Source: Candidatus Delongbacteria bacterium
GTDB taxonomy: Bacteria > CAIWAD01
DNA: 64,000 bases
Assembly: GCA_963663545.1 (NCBI GenBank)
Contig: OY760505.1
Span: forward strand, 1,824,001 to 1,888,000
Direction: 5' to 3'
Positions 49,201 to 57,414 of the stretch are shown here, one piece after another. The first letter of the stretch is position 1. Each line of letters opens with the position of its first letter. Position numbers and translations under genes: made by a program. A model generated the notes under the pieces. The model was not told the origin of the DNA. It worked only from the letters and a program-made list of their open reading frames with translations, and did not search any database.

Positions 49201-49668
49201 GATTCCTGGCAGCTTCCGCAGCGCTTCCGCCAGCTCCCGTCCGGATTTTGTATCACCAACATTACAGCTGTACCAGTTGTTCAAATCAGGCAGATCTGTC
49301 CGGCTGCCGCGCAGGAGAAGACGATCTACATCGGCTTCACTGAGGCTGCTGAACAAACGCATCGGCTGATCAGCTCTGTATTCGTCAAGTGCAGCGGAAA
49401 GCTGGTTTGCCGTCACTTGATCAAGACCCGCCAGCGCTCCGCGCTCCAGACGAACCTGCAGGTCGTTATCGAAAGCAAATTCCACGCGCTCACTGGCATA
49501 GAAGCCGGTTGTCGGTCGTCCGGCCTCATTGTGCTGAATTCCAGGTGTGGCCGCTTGTATCACCGTACACATGCCAAGGCCGACAGCCAATGCACTGGCC
49601 GGAAAAAGCTTTGTTCTATTCAATCCGCCATTCATGGCCGTATATCTCCAGTTTCTCTTGTTCATCAT
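43201..49668 (-). CDS. 2155-aa S8 (subtilase) protease with five ~264-aa beta-helix repeats and FN3-like C-terminus
   Basis: Catalytic VCVIDGG, NHGTACAG, AAGNG, SGTSAATP; repeated VVKFLYQ..VVFTSSRDDEFGGDTNGD..DWG units. Confidence 0.9.
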   Translation of the reverse strand: MMNKRNWRYTAMNGGLNRTKLFPASALAVGLGMCTVIQAATPGIQHNEAGRPTTGFYASERVEFAFDNDLQVRLERGALAGLDQVTANQLSAALDEYRADQPMRLFSSLSEADVDRLLLRGSRTDLPDLNNWYSCNVGDTKSGRELAEALRKLPGIRYAGLVPLPKMSAVDLTPTTPNYTPMQHHLLNAPTGTGATSVGSITGADAATVSVCVIDGGWVLDHEDLDLSYLGGGNSADTEWRNHGTACAGVLAAAHGDYGVNGMLAAPEAVFAQGIFEEGTAAAWLAAGAALDAGDVISASWGYESGSFPSGYECSCGEAGMLPPEANLADFEAIQTLTANGLIVVTAAGNGCLPLDHSDFAGQWDLVTQDSGALLVAAANTDLEPACYTNSGSRIDAFAVGETVVSCGYGDLFLPGGDERQAYTYSFSGTSAATPIIAGAVACMQGVFKSGHSGEVLDAWQMRSLLRTTGTPQSEEFDRPIGLMPDLPALLDAMHAQEGVIQISGNITADTFWSRDYVYLLTSGITINSGVTLTIEGGTVVKFQYQSSASGKRWLYALGDLRLLGTPADPVVFTSERDDEYGGDSNGDGEETVAAAGDWGFLRIGNGAVRVENALFRYAGLQSTRNAVIWADGVSPVVDHNLVENCYSGTTAIYYQANQSAETTPQISNNRITGVNQALYVDGSNVSRTTTSPVIQGNELINCSYAIQLNECDPLISGNLISHEDATNEGTRLPYLINGWVEPSFENNILLGTVWPVLAVQGAIARDTRWTHVEHDLPYLIWNNITVNSGVELTLAPDLVVKFLPQSSRSANRYIQALGSINFLSAPGHEIVLTSNRDDEFGGDTNGDDQTPVLEVEPSSSDWAYLRLDTDETVVHDLIFRYAGRRDGDRHNVIYVVGCSPQINDCRLLDCYPSATAIYYSASQSSVTTPRILDNSISDVNQAIYLDGNGSSQLATQPLIARNTISDCSVAIQLNECTPSLVENHISHTGTETEGTRLPFLLNGWVSPALTDNELTGTILPVIAVQGNINQNVHWSDVEGLTWLVWNNVTVASGDTLTLDEDLVVKFLYQSTHSANRYLQVQGILDLYGSPGHEVVFTSSRDDEFGGDTNGDEIEGSEVEASSSDWGHLRVLNGDNNIHDVIFRYGGRRDSDRHTVLYVNDCAPIVRRNTFVDCYSGCTAIDYDAPQSAESTPQITYNSISNVSTALNLDGNASGVNATTPYIAYNHISECSWAFNLTECRARIEHNTISHSTVDTEGTRNPLYVNGWAVPTTWTDNDLLGTVNHTLCIGGTMSQSARLRTIDGMPWTVWNNLAVNTGATLTLDADLVVKFLYQSTHSANRYMQIQGILDLDGSPGHEVVFTSSRDDDFGGDTNGDETEGSEQAASGNDWGHLRVLNGDNDIHDVLFRYGGRRDSDRHTVLYINDCAPIVRRNTFVDCYSGCTAIDYDAPQSAESAPQISYNTISNVGTALNLDGNASGVDATTPYIAYNHISECSWAFNLTECRARIEHNTISHSTVDTEGTRNPLYVNGWAVPTTWTDNDLLGTVNHTLCIGGTMSQSARLRTIDGMPWTVWNNLSVSAGDTLTLDPDLVVKFLYQNTHSANRYLQVLGVLNLDGAPGHEVIFTSSRDDEVGGDTNGDDVEGNEQLASVNDWGYLRLDNGENNIHDMIFRYGGRRDSDHNSVLRIENCSPTVTHCQFENVYSNTNCIYYYAHSSLATVPVIVNNTTSGGLRGLYFYGNSSGSSSPVIQGNEFAHASGQGIYLRQAGSEASIAYNSLHHNGVGVYCYSGSGELHNCDLMENTTYGYQNVSGAVVDATDNYWGDVTGPQHSSNPTGLGDVVSDDVDFLPFAVAPTTGAPPTLWLTPGQLRYQVFPGDEQALSITLGNAGVEPMQWTLQEALSDTLDPGRTEISWLSATPMGGELDGGSSTIVSVRVNTNGISEGTYAAALVLSSNDPDNGLVSIPVVMHVGEFFVNAASAGAVYYSGDTAEVSWQLADPQAAMSVDLLLSTNGGASFEYVIAEELSPTVSYSWQLPDTYGEECRMQAVTHLQNGSTLVAVDPDVFTIRSRNVSPARIQDLCITPVGTSQIRLSWSPVSVDDQGQPVVVSAYRVYACDQACFALEEGVQLAECTQTTLLLPVSQPRLFFRVVAVNE
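44600..48170. repeat. Intragenic tandem repeat with 792-bp period
   Basis: Homologous GTATCACCGCC anchors at 44759, 45551, 46343, 47135 (792 apart) plus a diverged copy near 47915; about 44940-45410 is nearly identical to about 45732-46202. Confidence 0.9.
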
Positions 49669-49677
49669 TCCGCCTCC

Positions 49678-52434
49678 TTAGCGCACCAGTAGCAACCGCT
49701 GCACTTGAGCTTTTCCCGATTCCGGAATCATGCGTGCGAAGTAGATGCCGCTGGGCTGATCACCCGCCGTCCACCGGAGCTCGTGTTCTCCTGCTTCAAA
49801 CAGGCCTTCCGCCAACAGCGTGACATGCTGACCACGCACATTGCAAATCTCCACTCTCAGGGACTGCAGCTCTGGGACGGCCAGTTTGAGGGTTGTGCTG
49901 GGATTAAAGGGGTTCGGATAAGCCTTTTGAAGAGCAAGTGTTTGCGGCAAGGCATTGTTCGCCTCCGCTGCATCATCATGCACCTGTAACACGCCGAGGG
50001 CAACATTGTCGTCTGTATCACATTCTTCATCCTGCAGAAGAACACGACCATAGAGCGTGTATTGGCCCGCGTTTGCCGGAGCGATGAAAGCGCGATTCAA
50101 ACAGACCTCATCGCCGTCCTGCACACCGTTGAAAGACTGCACGGCAAGACGCACGCCGTTGTAGTCCCAGTGACCGAGCCATGCCTCCAGCGTGACACCA
50201 TTCAGCTGCTCGCCATCATTCACGCTCATGGCAACACAGAACTGCACGCTGTTGGATTCATGCACACCGCAACTTGTCCGGGTCGGCCAAATGGCTATTG
50301 CTGTGGCAGCATTGTGTGTTACAACAAATGTACCGTAGGAAGAGTTTTCGCTGACCGCGCCATGTTCGTCGTACACACGAAGACCGATGATTCCCTCGGC
50401 TGCCGCGTCAAAGTGCAACACGGTGTCCACACCAAAGAAATCGTCAAACAGCAGGTCACCGTCCAGATCCCATTCATAGGCGATAATGCGGTCGCCGTCC
50501 GGGTCCCAGGACATCGCACCATCGAGCACAAGATCCTCTCCCGGCTCGATGCACCAGGGTGTGTTTCGCACGGCTATCGGACTGTGATTCATGTCGACCA
50601 CAACGACCTGATGCATGTCCGTGTCCTGCATCATGGGGGCGCTATCATCGCTGACGCGCAGAGCAACGCGATACACACCAGGAAGAACGAAGCCTGGATG
50701 TATCACATTTGATTCGTCAGAATCACCGAAGCTGAGCCCGTCCGACAAGTCAAGGTCCCACTCCCAGGCGACAATGCTGCGATCCCAATTGGTGTGATAC
50801 GAACGCCCGCCGTACAGCTCAAAGCTCTCGCCAACGGCCACTGTATCTGGCCCGGCTATCATGGCTACTGGCACATCGATGCGCCCCCAGTCGCTGAGCA
50901 CGAGCACGGCAAAAGCCGTAGACAATTCTTGGCTGGTGTCTGCAAGCGGAGCACATCCATCCCAGTGCCCATCGTCACGCTGTCCCCATGTTTCGTGATA
51001 CAAGAGCTGCTGCACGAACTCTTCGTACCAGTAGCGCCAGCCGACCTGGGTCGGAATGCGCCACTGCGAACGTGCCGCCTCGGAAACCATGAGCATTTCG
51101 TAGCTGTTGCCTTCCATCAGCGAGGGCCAGCTTTCGTCGTGACCATTGGGAGATACCCAGTGCGCGCCGATCCAATCCATAGCATCACTGCTACGGTCGT
51201 AGTAGTCGCCAACCAGCGCTGTAGCACACCAACCGCCAGCAGTCGTCGCAATCGAACGCCGATCTTCCGGACCCCGATAGCCGAAGCCGCCGTCTTCGTT
51301 CTGAGAATACTCCAGCCATGCGGCCAGTTCCTCCAGCACCGCTTCTGAAAGGAAGCTACCCTGGTGTTGCTGACAAAGGTCAATAGCGCGCGCGTACCAC
51401 GGCGTAGCAATATTGTCCGCACCCACATCGGGTAGCGTCATCTGCCAACGCCAGCCACCGCGTCCCTCGCCCGCGTCAGCCTGGCAATACGCCATTAGGT
51501 CAACACAGTCCTGCAGTACTTCAGCGTGTGACACACCGGCCAAAGGCCCTCCGCCAAGAACAGCTGATGGTGTAGCACAGGTCGCCAGCGCCATTACAGC
51601 CAATGCGTTCGCCGTTCCATCATTCAAGAAAAAGCAGCCGCGGCCATTGGCGTTGTAATCCCATTCCTCGTCCAGATTCACACTGCCCATTTGCTGAGAG
51701 AGCCAGTAGAAACCGCGCCTCATGCAGTCAGCAAAAACATCTACCGCCGGGTCGTGATCTGGATGATGCCCGTTGCGCAACATGGCCAACAAAGCGGCTC
51801 CCGTAGCGCCAACAGACTCACTAGCTGTACGCCAGCTGTACCAGCCGCCGTCATAGGCCGTGATACTTGATGCATTCTGGGTGCGATACAAATAGGCCAG
51901 ACCACGTGCGTTTGCAGCGTAGGCCGCGTCTCCGTAGTTCGTCGGGTCAATGACCTGAAGCACGGTCGTGCTGCTATCGACGCGACCCATTGCATCTTCG
52001 GCGCGCAGCGTGAACTCGTACTCGCCAACCTCACGAATGCCGTGTATCACAGAAACGTAGCGCGCCTCGGCCTGCGTAGAGGCCGTTCCCGAATACTCTA
52101 CGCCATCAATAATGAGGCTCCAGTCGACGGGAAGACTCGGCGTGCGCAGCGAGCCCCAAAGTTCAACACCACCCGGTGTTACAAGCCCCCACAGGCCCTC
52201 GTCTTCAGACCAGGACGGCATTGAGTTCACCCGCAGGGTGTTGTTGCTCCCCCACCACCAGGCCGCATCGTCTTCGAGCGGTGGTCGCAGCGGTTCGCTA
52301 CTCGCGCCAGCACGCAGCGATCCCGGATCGCTATCGTAGGCGGAGTAGAGCCAGTCACCCGTGTCGGCAAACAGCAGCGGTGCCGCCGTCAGCGCTCCCA
52401 GGGCAAGTAGCGAAAGACGTCTTACGAGCTTCAT
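49678..52434 (-). CDS. Secreted protein: prenyltransferase/squalene-cyclase-like helical domain, PKD repeats, CARDB-like domain, T9SS-type CTD
   Basis: QW-like motifs SQNEDGGFGY, GQRDDGHW, CQAD..GGWRW; PKD-like WEWDLD..PGVYRVALRVSD and SWDPDGD..YEWDLDGD; AYPNPFNPSTTL. Confidence 0.72.
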   Translation of the reverse strand: MKLVRRLSLLALGALTAAPLLFADTGDWLYSAYDSDPGSLRAGASSEPLRPPLEDDAAWWWGSNNTLRVNSMPSWSEDEGLWGLVTPGGVELWGSLRTPSLPVDWSLIIDGVEYSGTASTQAEARYVSVIHGIREVGEYEFTLRAEDAMGRVDSSTTVLQVIDPTNYGDAAYAANARGLAYLYRTQNASSITAYDGGWYSWRTASESVGATGAALLAMLRNGHHPDHDPAVDVFADCMRRGFYWLSQQMGSVNLDEEWDYNANGRGCFFLNDGTANALAVMALATCATPSAVLGGGPLAGVSHAEVLQDCVDLMAYCQADAGEGRGGWRWQMTLPDVGADNIATPWYARAIDLCQQHQGSFLSEAVLEELAAWLEYSQNEDGGFGYRGPEDRRSIATTAGGWCATALVGDYYDRSSDAMDWIGAHWVSPNGHDESWPSLMEGNSYEMLMVSEAARSQWRIPTQVGWRYWYEEFVQQLLYHETWGQRDDGHWDGCAPLADTSQELSTAFAVLVLSDWGRIDVPVAMIAGPDTVAVGESFELYGGRSYHTNWDRSIVAWEWDLDLSDGLSFGDSDESNVIHPGFVLPGVYRVALRVSDDSAPMMQDTDMHQVVVVDMNHSPIAVRNTPWCIEPGEDLVLDGAMSWDPDGDRIIAYEWDLDGDLLFDDFFGVDTVLHFDAAAEGIIGLRVYDEHGAVSENSSYGTFVVTHNAATAIAIWPTRTSCGVHESNSVQFCVAMSVNDGEQLNGVTLEAWLGHWDYNGVRLAVQSFNGVQDGDEVCLNRAFIAPANAGQYTLYGRVLLQDEECDTDDNVALGVLQVHDDAAEANNALPQTLALQKAYPNPFNPSTTLKLAVPELQSLRVEICNVRGQHVTLLAEGLFEAGEHELRWTAGDQPSGIYFARMIPESGKAQVQRLLLVR

Positions 52435-52746
52435 AGGCATCCCCACAAGGCAAAAGGACCGCGTTGGAAAGCGCGGCGCAACAGGTTGTTTTCGGTACAT
52501 GGCAGGATGAAGCGGCAAGGCCGGGCGACCTCGGCTTCAGGACACGGGGCACTCCGAGCAAAGCTCATGCCCGCAACAGAAGATGGCCCCAAGGATGAGT
52601 TTTGTGTGAGAAGTCGGCGCCAGGCCGCATTAATGCTGAGTGATTACTGCGTAATACACGAGTCCCAGCTTTGGGCACATGTATCACACGTGAAGATTAT
52701 TCATACGGGGTGTTTTTGGTGATATAATTTCACGCCTGGTTGAGCA

Positions 52747-52971
52747 CTATTTCTTCTTGGACGAGCGCAGCGATGAAAGCTGCGATTTGATCCAGGCGCG
52801 GTTCAGATACACATGCACACAGACCAGAGAGCTCAGCAGATAGCCGTTGCCTTCGTGCATCAGCTCAAACTGTTGATGACTGAGCGCACCGTGCCCCAGG
52901 CCGCTGCCCAACTGCAGCAAAAAGGATAGTAGCAGCAGAGAATTTGTGATACGCAACAAGGTTCTTTGCAT
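52747..52971 (-). CDS. Small membrane protein, DUF4405-like
   Basis: Two hydrophobic helices with His residues (MHE, VHVYLNRAWIK). Confidence 0.55.
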   Translation of the reverse strand: MQRTLLRITNSLLLLSFLLQLGSGLGHGALSHQQFELMHEGNGYLLSSLVCVHVYLNRAWIKSQLSSLRSSKKK

Positions 52972-52975
52972 GGTG

Positions 52976-53587
52976 TCAGGGCTCCAGTAGGGCAACGCCA
53001 CGATCCGCGGCCTCATTCAGCTCCCGCAGACGCGCCACCCAGGTTTTGTATTCGCGCGACCAGTTGAAATCCAGCAGGGCACGGGATGCGTCGTGGCGGC
53101 CCTGTTGACGATGGAGCTCCGCCAGCAGCAGGCGTTCGTACTCTTCATCGCGGTCGAGCAGCTCCTCCAGTCGCTTCAGGTTCTCCTCTTCGCAATCCAC
53201 CAACTCCTGATCAACACCGTCGCGCATGCGGTCATTGCACCACCACCACAGCCAGGTGCGCAAGTGCACTTCACGATCACTCGGCATCTCGTTTTCGCCC
53301 AGGTAGGCGCTCACTTCATCGATGTCAGGCGTTTCCGCTGGAAGAGAATCGCTGCGTGACCACTCACCCTGATCATTGCCCACATCTTCGTAGCCCACAT
53401 CCTCGCGTTCGTCCACGTCCTCGTACCAGAGGAGTTCGCCGCAAGCTGGACACCGACAAAGCAGGAGCTGTCCTTCCGAGGAGGTCTCGTCGCCGCGACC
53501 GTCCGTCCAGCGGTAAATGTCCTGCGGGGTTTCTGCGTATTCGTGCTGGATTTCCTGTCCGCACTCGGGACAAATGCTGATGCGCAT
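52976..53587 (-). CDS. Hypothetical protein with zinc-ribbon-like CxxC pairs
   Basis: ICPECG...WTDG...RCPACG; AGGAGG RBS; C-terminal TPR-like LLAELHRQQG. Confidence 0.7.
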   Translation of the reverse strand: MRISICPECGQEIQHEYAETPQDIYRWTDGRGDETSSEGQLLLCRCPACGELLWYEDVDEREDVGYEDVGNDQGEWSRSDSLPAETPDIDEVSAYLGENEMPSDREVHLRTWLWWWCNDRMRDGVDQELVDCEEENLKRLEELLDRDEEYERLLLAELHRQQGRHDASRALLDFNWSREYKTWVARLRELNEAADRGVALLEP

Positions 53588-53702
53588 TGGTACCTCCTGC
53601 TTGCTTCATCTTCGCAGACTCAAGTCCGCTCTCGCATACTATCGGCCAAGACAGGGGGAAGTTTTGCTCGAGATCAGATCTACTTGGCGTTTTGAAAATG
53701 GG

Positions 53703-54131
53703 CTAGCCGGGGAACTCGACCACGACCGGTTGCATGCCCTGCTGAGGATCATGCAGCTCCACGCGCGTTGGCCGAATCTCGACAACCGTGTATTCCGGAT
53801 CTTGCGGGCTCTCAAAATAGGCCTGAAAACCAGGTTGCCAGAACTCGTCCAGCGTTTCCCGGTCGGTGTGAACCCGCGCCTGCCCTTCAATCTGGAAATA
53901 CTTGGCAGGTGACTCAAGACAGCCGCCGCCACTAATGTGCACACAGGGCTGATGGCCGATGTGTTCCACTTTGCGACTGGACCGGGTAGTGGCAAAACGT
54001 AGCACCAGTCCCTCGTCCACTCGAAAAAGGATACTGCGCACCCACGGGCGCCCCTCTGCATCAACCGTAGCCAAATTGCCGACAAAGGAATGGCTCAACG
54101 CCTGGCGCGCCTGCTCCCGAATGTCACTCAT
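53703..54131 (-). CDS. Pyridoxamine 5'-phosphate oxidase-like (general stress protein 26) FMN-binding protein
   Basis: LATVDAEGRPWVR, FATTRSSRKVEHI, YFESPQDPEY. Confidence 0.85.
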   Translation of the reverse strand: MSDIREQARQALSHSFVGNLATVDAEGRPWVRSILFRVDEGLVLRFATTRSSRKVEHIGHQPCVHISGGGCLESPAKYFQIEGQARVHTDRETLDEFWQPGFQAYFESPQDPEYTVVEIRPTRVELHDPQQGMQPVVVEFPG

Positions 54132-54218
54132 GGACCCTCCTGGTTCCCCTTGACTGGTGATGCCAAGAGCATGCTACCTCTTGTCCGGCAGAGCAAGAAG
54201 AATTCGCCGAGGTGGGAA

Positions 54219-54788
54219 TCAGTCGCCCCTCTCCTCATCCTTTTCAGGGTCTCTGGGTAGCTCGAAAGAACCCGGTGTCACGGATTCCAGGGCCGGCTCC
54301 TGGTCAAGCGGCTTGGCCTTGTACCCACGCAGCATGACCTTGGTGCTGTGTCGATTAAGCAGCCACACGCACAGAGCGGTGATGGCAAGATTCAGCAGCA
54401 GGCCCAACCAGTTGAAGCCAGGGGTCTCCTGGGCGGCGTTCGCCGCCATTTTCTCGCCAAGGCCCTTATTGATAAAGGGCGAGATGAGGTTCATCAGCAC
54501 GTTGTAGGCCGCGTATGCGTTGAAGGCCAGACGACCGAAATTGCGCCCCATTAGTAGTGGAATACCCGCAACAAGGCCAAAGACCCCGCCAAAGACAGAA
54601 GAGTATAGGCTGTACGCGGGAAGATCGTCGGCGGTCATGTTCATGGTTTGCAGGGCCGAGGCTGTTTCCTGCGGCATGTAGTTCACCATCAGAATCATCA
54701 TGCCACTCATTACAAGGCTGATGAGCGAAATCACAAGCAGTAAAAGACCAATGACCAATGCCGAAGTAGGCGTTTGATGTTTTGGCAT
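54219..54788 (-). CDS. Hypothetical membrane protein (about 4 TM)
   Basis: Four hydrophobic segments; GAGGAGG RBS before ATG 54788. Confidence 0.7.
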   Translation of the reverse strand: MPKHQTPTSALVIGLLLLVISLISLVMSGMMILMVNYMPQETASALQTMNMTADDLPAYSLYSSVFGGVFGLVAGIPLLMGRNFGRLAFNAYAAYNVLMNLISPFINKGLGEKMAANAAQETPGFNWLGLLLNLAITALCVWLLNRHSTKVMLRGYKAKPLDQEPALESVTPGSFELPRDPEKDEERGD

Positions 54789-54831
54789 TCCATCCTCCTC
54801 AACCGTCTTGATACCGGAGAAACACCGTGTG

Positions 54832-55800
54832 TCACTCCTTGTGTGTTCCATCCATCAGCAGCGAGGTCCGCAGCTCGCACAAGCGCTGTCGCAGCTGATC
54901 TCGTAGATTTTCAGGTGATACAAGCTGGCATTCGTGTGCATAAGGCAACAGCAGATTCAGCAACCAGGCGGGGTTTTCCAGCACGGGCGTCCATTGCAGG
55001 CCGCCTTCAACCGGGACACACTCCGACCAGGCTTCTTCTTTCGCCAGCCGTTCCAGAAAGCCACGCAGGATTACGCAGGCGCGAAGCTCTGTGCCAGCGT
55101 CCCCCTCGGGGAAATCACGCGCCCTGACCGGCTGTGTTACAACATCATTCAGTAGACGGGCTTGTATTACGCGATCCAAACGAAAGGTGCGCTCGGCGGC
55201 GCGGGTTCGGTCCCACGCAAAGAGATAGCTGAATTGACGGTCGTGATACAACTCCCAGCATTCGACAACTCGCAAATCCGTCTTATCACGCCCGCGACTG
55301 TAATAGACAAGCTCAAGACAGCGTTTCTGGCGTAGCGCCTCACCGATCATTTCGGGCAGCTTTGCATCAATCGAAGGACGCGGTGATACGGCAATGCGCT
55401 CCTGCAATCGCTGCACGCCCTCCTCGTCTTCCGCTTGTTCTGCGTACATCAGCTCCAGCAGATGCTCCACCCGTTTCGCTTCGGGCATCTCGCCGCGCAC
55501 GCGCAGAAACTCGTAGCCCAGACGCAGCGCAAGCTGCTCTTCGGCGGTAAAACGCACTACGCTGCCTGGCATGGCACCGGTGTGAACGTGCAGACGCTCG
55601 TCCTCAATCCAAGCATCAATCAGATCACCGGCGGACCAGTCCGCGTAGCGCGCCGCAGTCAGCAGTTCCAGAAAGCGCTGCAGTTCGCGACGGCTTACCT
55701 CTAGGTCTGCGCAAACATCGTCAACCCGTTGCCCGTCCCGTTTTTGCAGCGCGGGCAGAAGCTCCAACAGGCGATGCAGGGTGTTAGGTGCAGGAGGCAT
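54832..55800 (-). CDS. WYL-domain transcriptional regulator, PafC-like
   Basis: RLLELLP..G..VDDVCADLEVSRREL, GDLID, RFTAEEQLAL, LVYYSRGRD, YLFAWDRTRAAERTFRLDRV. Confidence 0.85.
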   Translation of the reverse strand: MPPAPNTLHRLLELLPALQKRDGQRVDDVCADLEVSRRELQRFLELLTAARYADWSAGDLIDAWIEDERLHVHTGAMPGSVVRFTAEEQLALRLGYEFLRVRGEMPEAKRVEHLLELMYAEQAEDEEGVQRLQERIAVSPRPSIDAKLPEMIGEALRQKRCLELVYYSRGRDKTDLRVVECWELYHDRQFSYLFAWDRTRAAERTFRLDRVIQARLLNDVVTQPVRARDFPEGDAGTELRACVILRGFLERLAKEEAWSECVPVEGGLQWTPVLENPAWLLNLLLPYAHECQLVSPENLRDQLRQRLCELRTSLLMDGTHKE

Positions 55801-56767
55801 GATCCCCCTCCTCGTGCTGCACAAGGGCAACCTGCAGACGACGTTCAAGCTCTATGCGCAACTCCGTGTCCAGCTCCAGCACACGCACGTGCGAGCCCCA
55901 GTCCAGCAGCATCTCACAGAAAGTGCCTGGCATGTCCGTATGGACGCGCGCCCACAACTTTTCGCCACGCCACTCACGCTCGCTGTCGCGGGCAAGCCGC
56001 CTTTCGGCCAGGGCAGCAATGGTGGCATCAAAAAGCAGACTGGCGTGATACTTTCCGCCACGTGTAGGCCGTGATTCAAATCGCAATTCCGCGAGCGATC
56101 CGGCCTTTCCCGGTTTGAAATGCCCGGCCAGCAACTCAAGCTTGTCTACCCGGTCCAGCCGGAACTCGCGCACGTCCCGGCGCAGCTCGCACCATGCCGC
56201 CAGATACCAGTACTCACCGCGTGATACAAGTCCATGCGGATGGATCACGCGCGACGTCTTCTCGCCACTCCAGGGGCTCCAGTGAGTAAGCCGCAGCTTG
56301 CGCGACTCGCGAATAGCCAGGGCAATCTGCTCCAGAAAGGCAGATCCCGCCATTCGGGGCGTATCACTGCGAACGCCACCCTCCTTCAGACAAGCCTGTA
56401 GTTTCGCCATTGCAGAACGCGCCGCTTCCTGTAGAGGAAAGTTCTCACGCTGGCGGAGCGCGTCACACAAGCGTTGTAACACGACAAGGTCATCGTCCTC
56501 CAGATGCAAGGGCGGTGCAAACACCGATTGCCTCTGTATCACGTAGACGTGCTCATAGTTGCCGTCTTCGGATGTGCCTTCAATGCGACGAAGTTCCACG
56601 TGCACGCCCATGCCAGCCAGAAAAGCGACATCGCGCTGCAGCATCTTGCGACCCGCATCGCCGGATCTGTAGCCCTCCACCGCGTTGATGATTTGCTGCC
56701 GCGTTCTGCCAAAGCGGTGGCCCAGCAGAAAGGCAATTAGAGAGAGTTGACGTTCTTCCGCTCGCAT
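55784..56767 (-). CDS. WYL-domain transcriptional regulator, PafB-like
   Basis: ERQLSLIAFLL, RKMLQRDVAFLAGMGV, ARSAMAKL, WYLAAWCELRRDVREFRLDRV; overlaps the PafC-like start. Confidence 0.88.
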   Translation of the reverse strand: MRAEERQLSLIAFLLGHRFGRTRQQIINAVEGYRSGDAGRKMLQRDVAFLAGMGVHVELRRIEGTSEDGNYEHVYVIQRQSVFAPPLHLEDDDLVVLQRLCDALRQRENFPLQEAARSAMAKLQACLKEGGVRSDTPRMAGSAFLEQIALAIRESRKLRLTHWSPWSGEKTSRVIHPHGLVSRGEYWYLAAWCELRRDVREFRLDRVDKLELLAGHFKPGKAGSLAELRFESRPTRGGKYHASLLFDATIAALAERRLARDSEREWRGEKLWARVHTDMPGTFCEMLLDWGSHVRVLELDTELRIELERRLQVALVQHEEGDHASCT

Positions 56768-56809
56768 GGGCTAAAAGTGGTATAGACGGGGCACCTGCGT
56801 CAACGGCAA

Positions 56810-56965
56810 TCAACTGAAGAGACCTCGCGTGCGACGCAGATAAAAGAAGATCGCCATCAGCTGCTTCTTGGGCATGCGCGTAAAGCGCTCCTCTTCGTCG
56901 CGGTAGACGCTGCTCAGGCTCTGCACCAGTTCACGCTTCGTCTGGGGTATCCAAAGGCTCTGCAT
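56810..56965 (-). CDS. Small basic hypothetical protein (51 aa)
   Basis: AAGGAGG RBS then MQSLWIPQTKRELVQSLSSVYRDEEERFTRMPKKQLMAIFFYLRRTRGLFS*. Confidence 0.65.
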   Translation of the reverse strand: MQSLWIPQTKRELVQSLSSVYRDEEERFTRMPKKQLMAIFFYLRRTRGLFS

Positions 56966-57015
56966 CTTTCTGTCCTCCTTGTTTTCAGCCATAGGATAAA
57001 GGGGGGGTGGGACAG

Positions 57016-57037
57016 AAAAGGGGCCCCGCAAGGCCCC
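57016..57037 (-). terminator. Terminator of trxA
   Basis: GGGGCC / GGCCCC stem with T-run on minus strand. Confidence 0.65.
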
Positions 57038-57061
57038 AGAGAAATCAAGCTGTCGATGGCG

Positions 57062-57376
57062 CTATTTGTGGCGACCGATCATAGCCTTGATGCTGGTCTC
57101 GTCGGTCAAGCCCACGAGCTGATCCACGGCCTGGCCGTTCTTGAAGAGGATCATGGTGGGAATGCCGCGAATGTTGAAGCGGCCAGCGAGCTGCGGGCTT
57201 TCGTCCACATTGACCTTGGCAATGCGCGCACCCAACTCGGCATCGGCGGCGACCTTCTCCAGCACCGGCGCCAGCATGCGGCAGGGACCGCACCATTCGG
57301 CCCAGAAGTCCACCAGCGTCAGACCCTGACCGATCTCAGTATCAAAATTCGTCGCGGCGAGCTTTAGAATAGACAT
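57062..57376 (-). CDS. trxA: Thioredoxin
   Basis: VDFWAEWCGPCRMLAP, IRGIPT; AGGAG RBS. Confidence 0.96.
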   Translation of the reverse strand: MSILKLAATNFDTEIGQGLTLVDFWAEWCGPCRMLAPVLEKVAADAELGARIAKVNVDESPQLAGRFNIRGIPTMILFKNGQAVDQLVGLTDETSIKAMIGRHK

Positions 57377-57414
57377 CTCACGTCTCCTTGAAATGTTTGT
57401 TGTTTCGCACTCCA

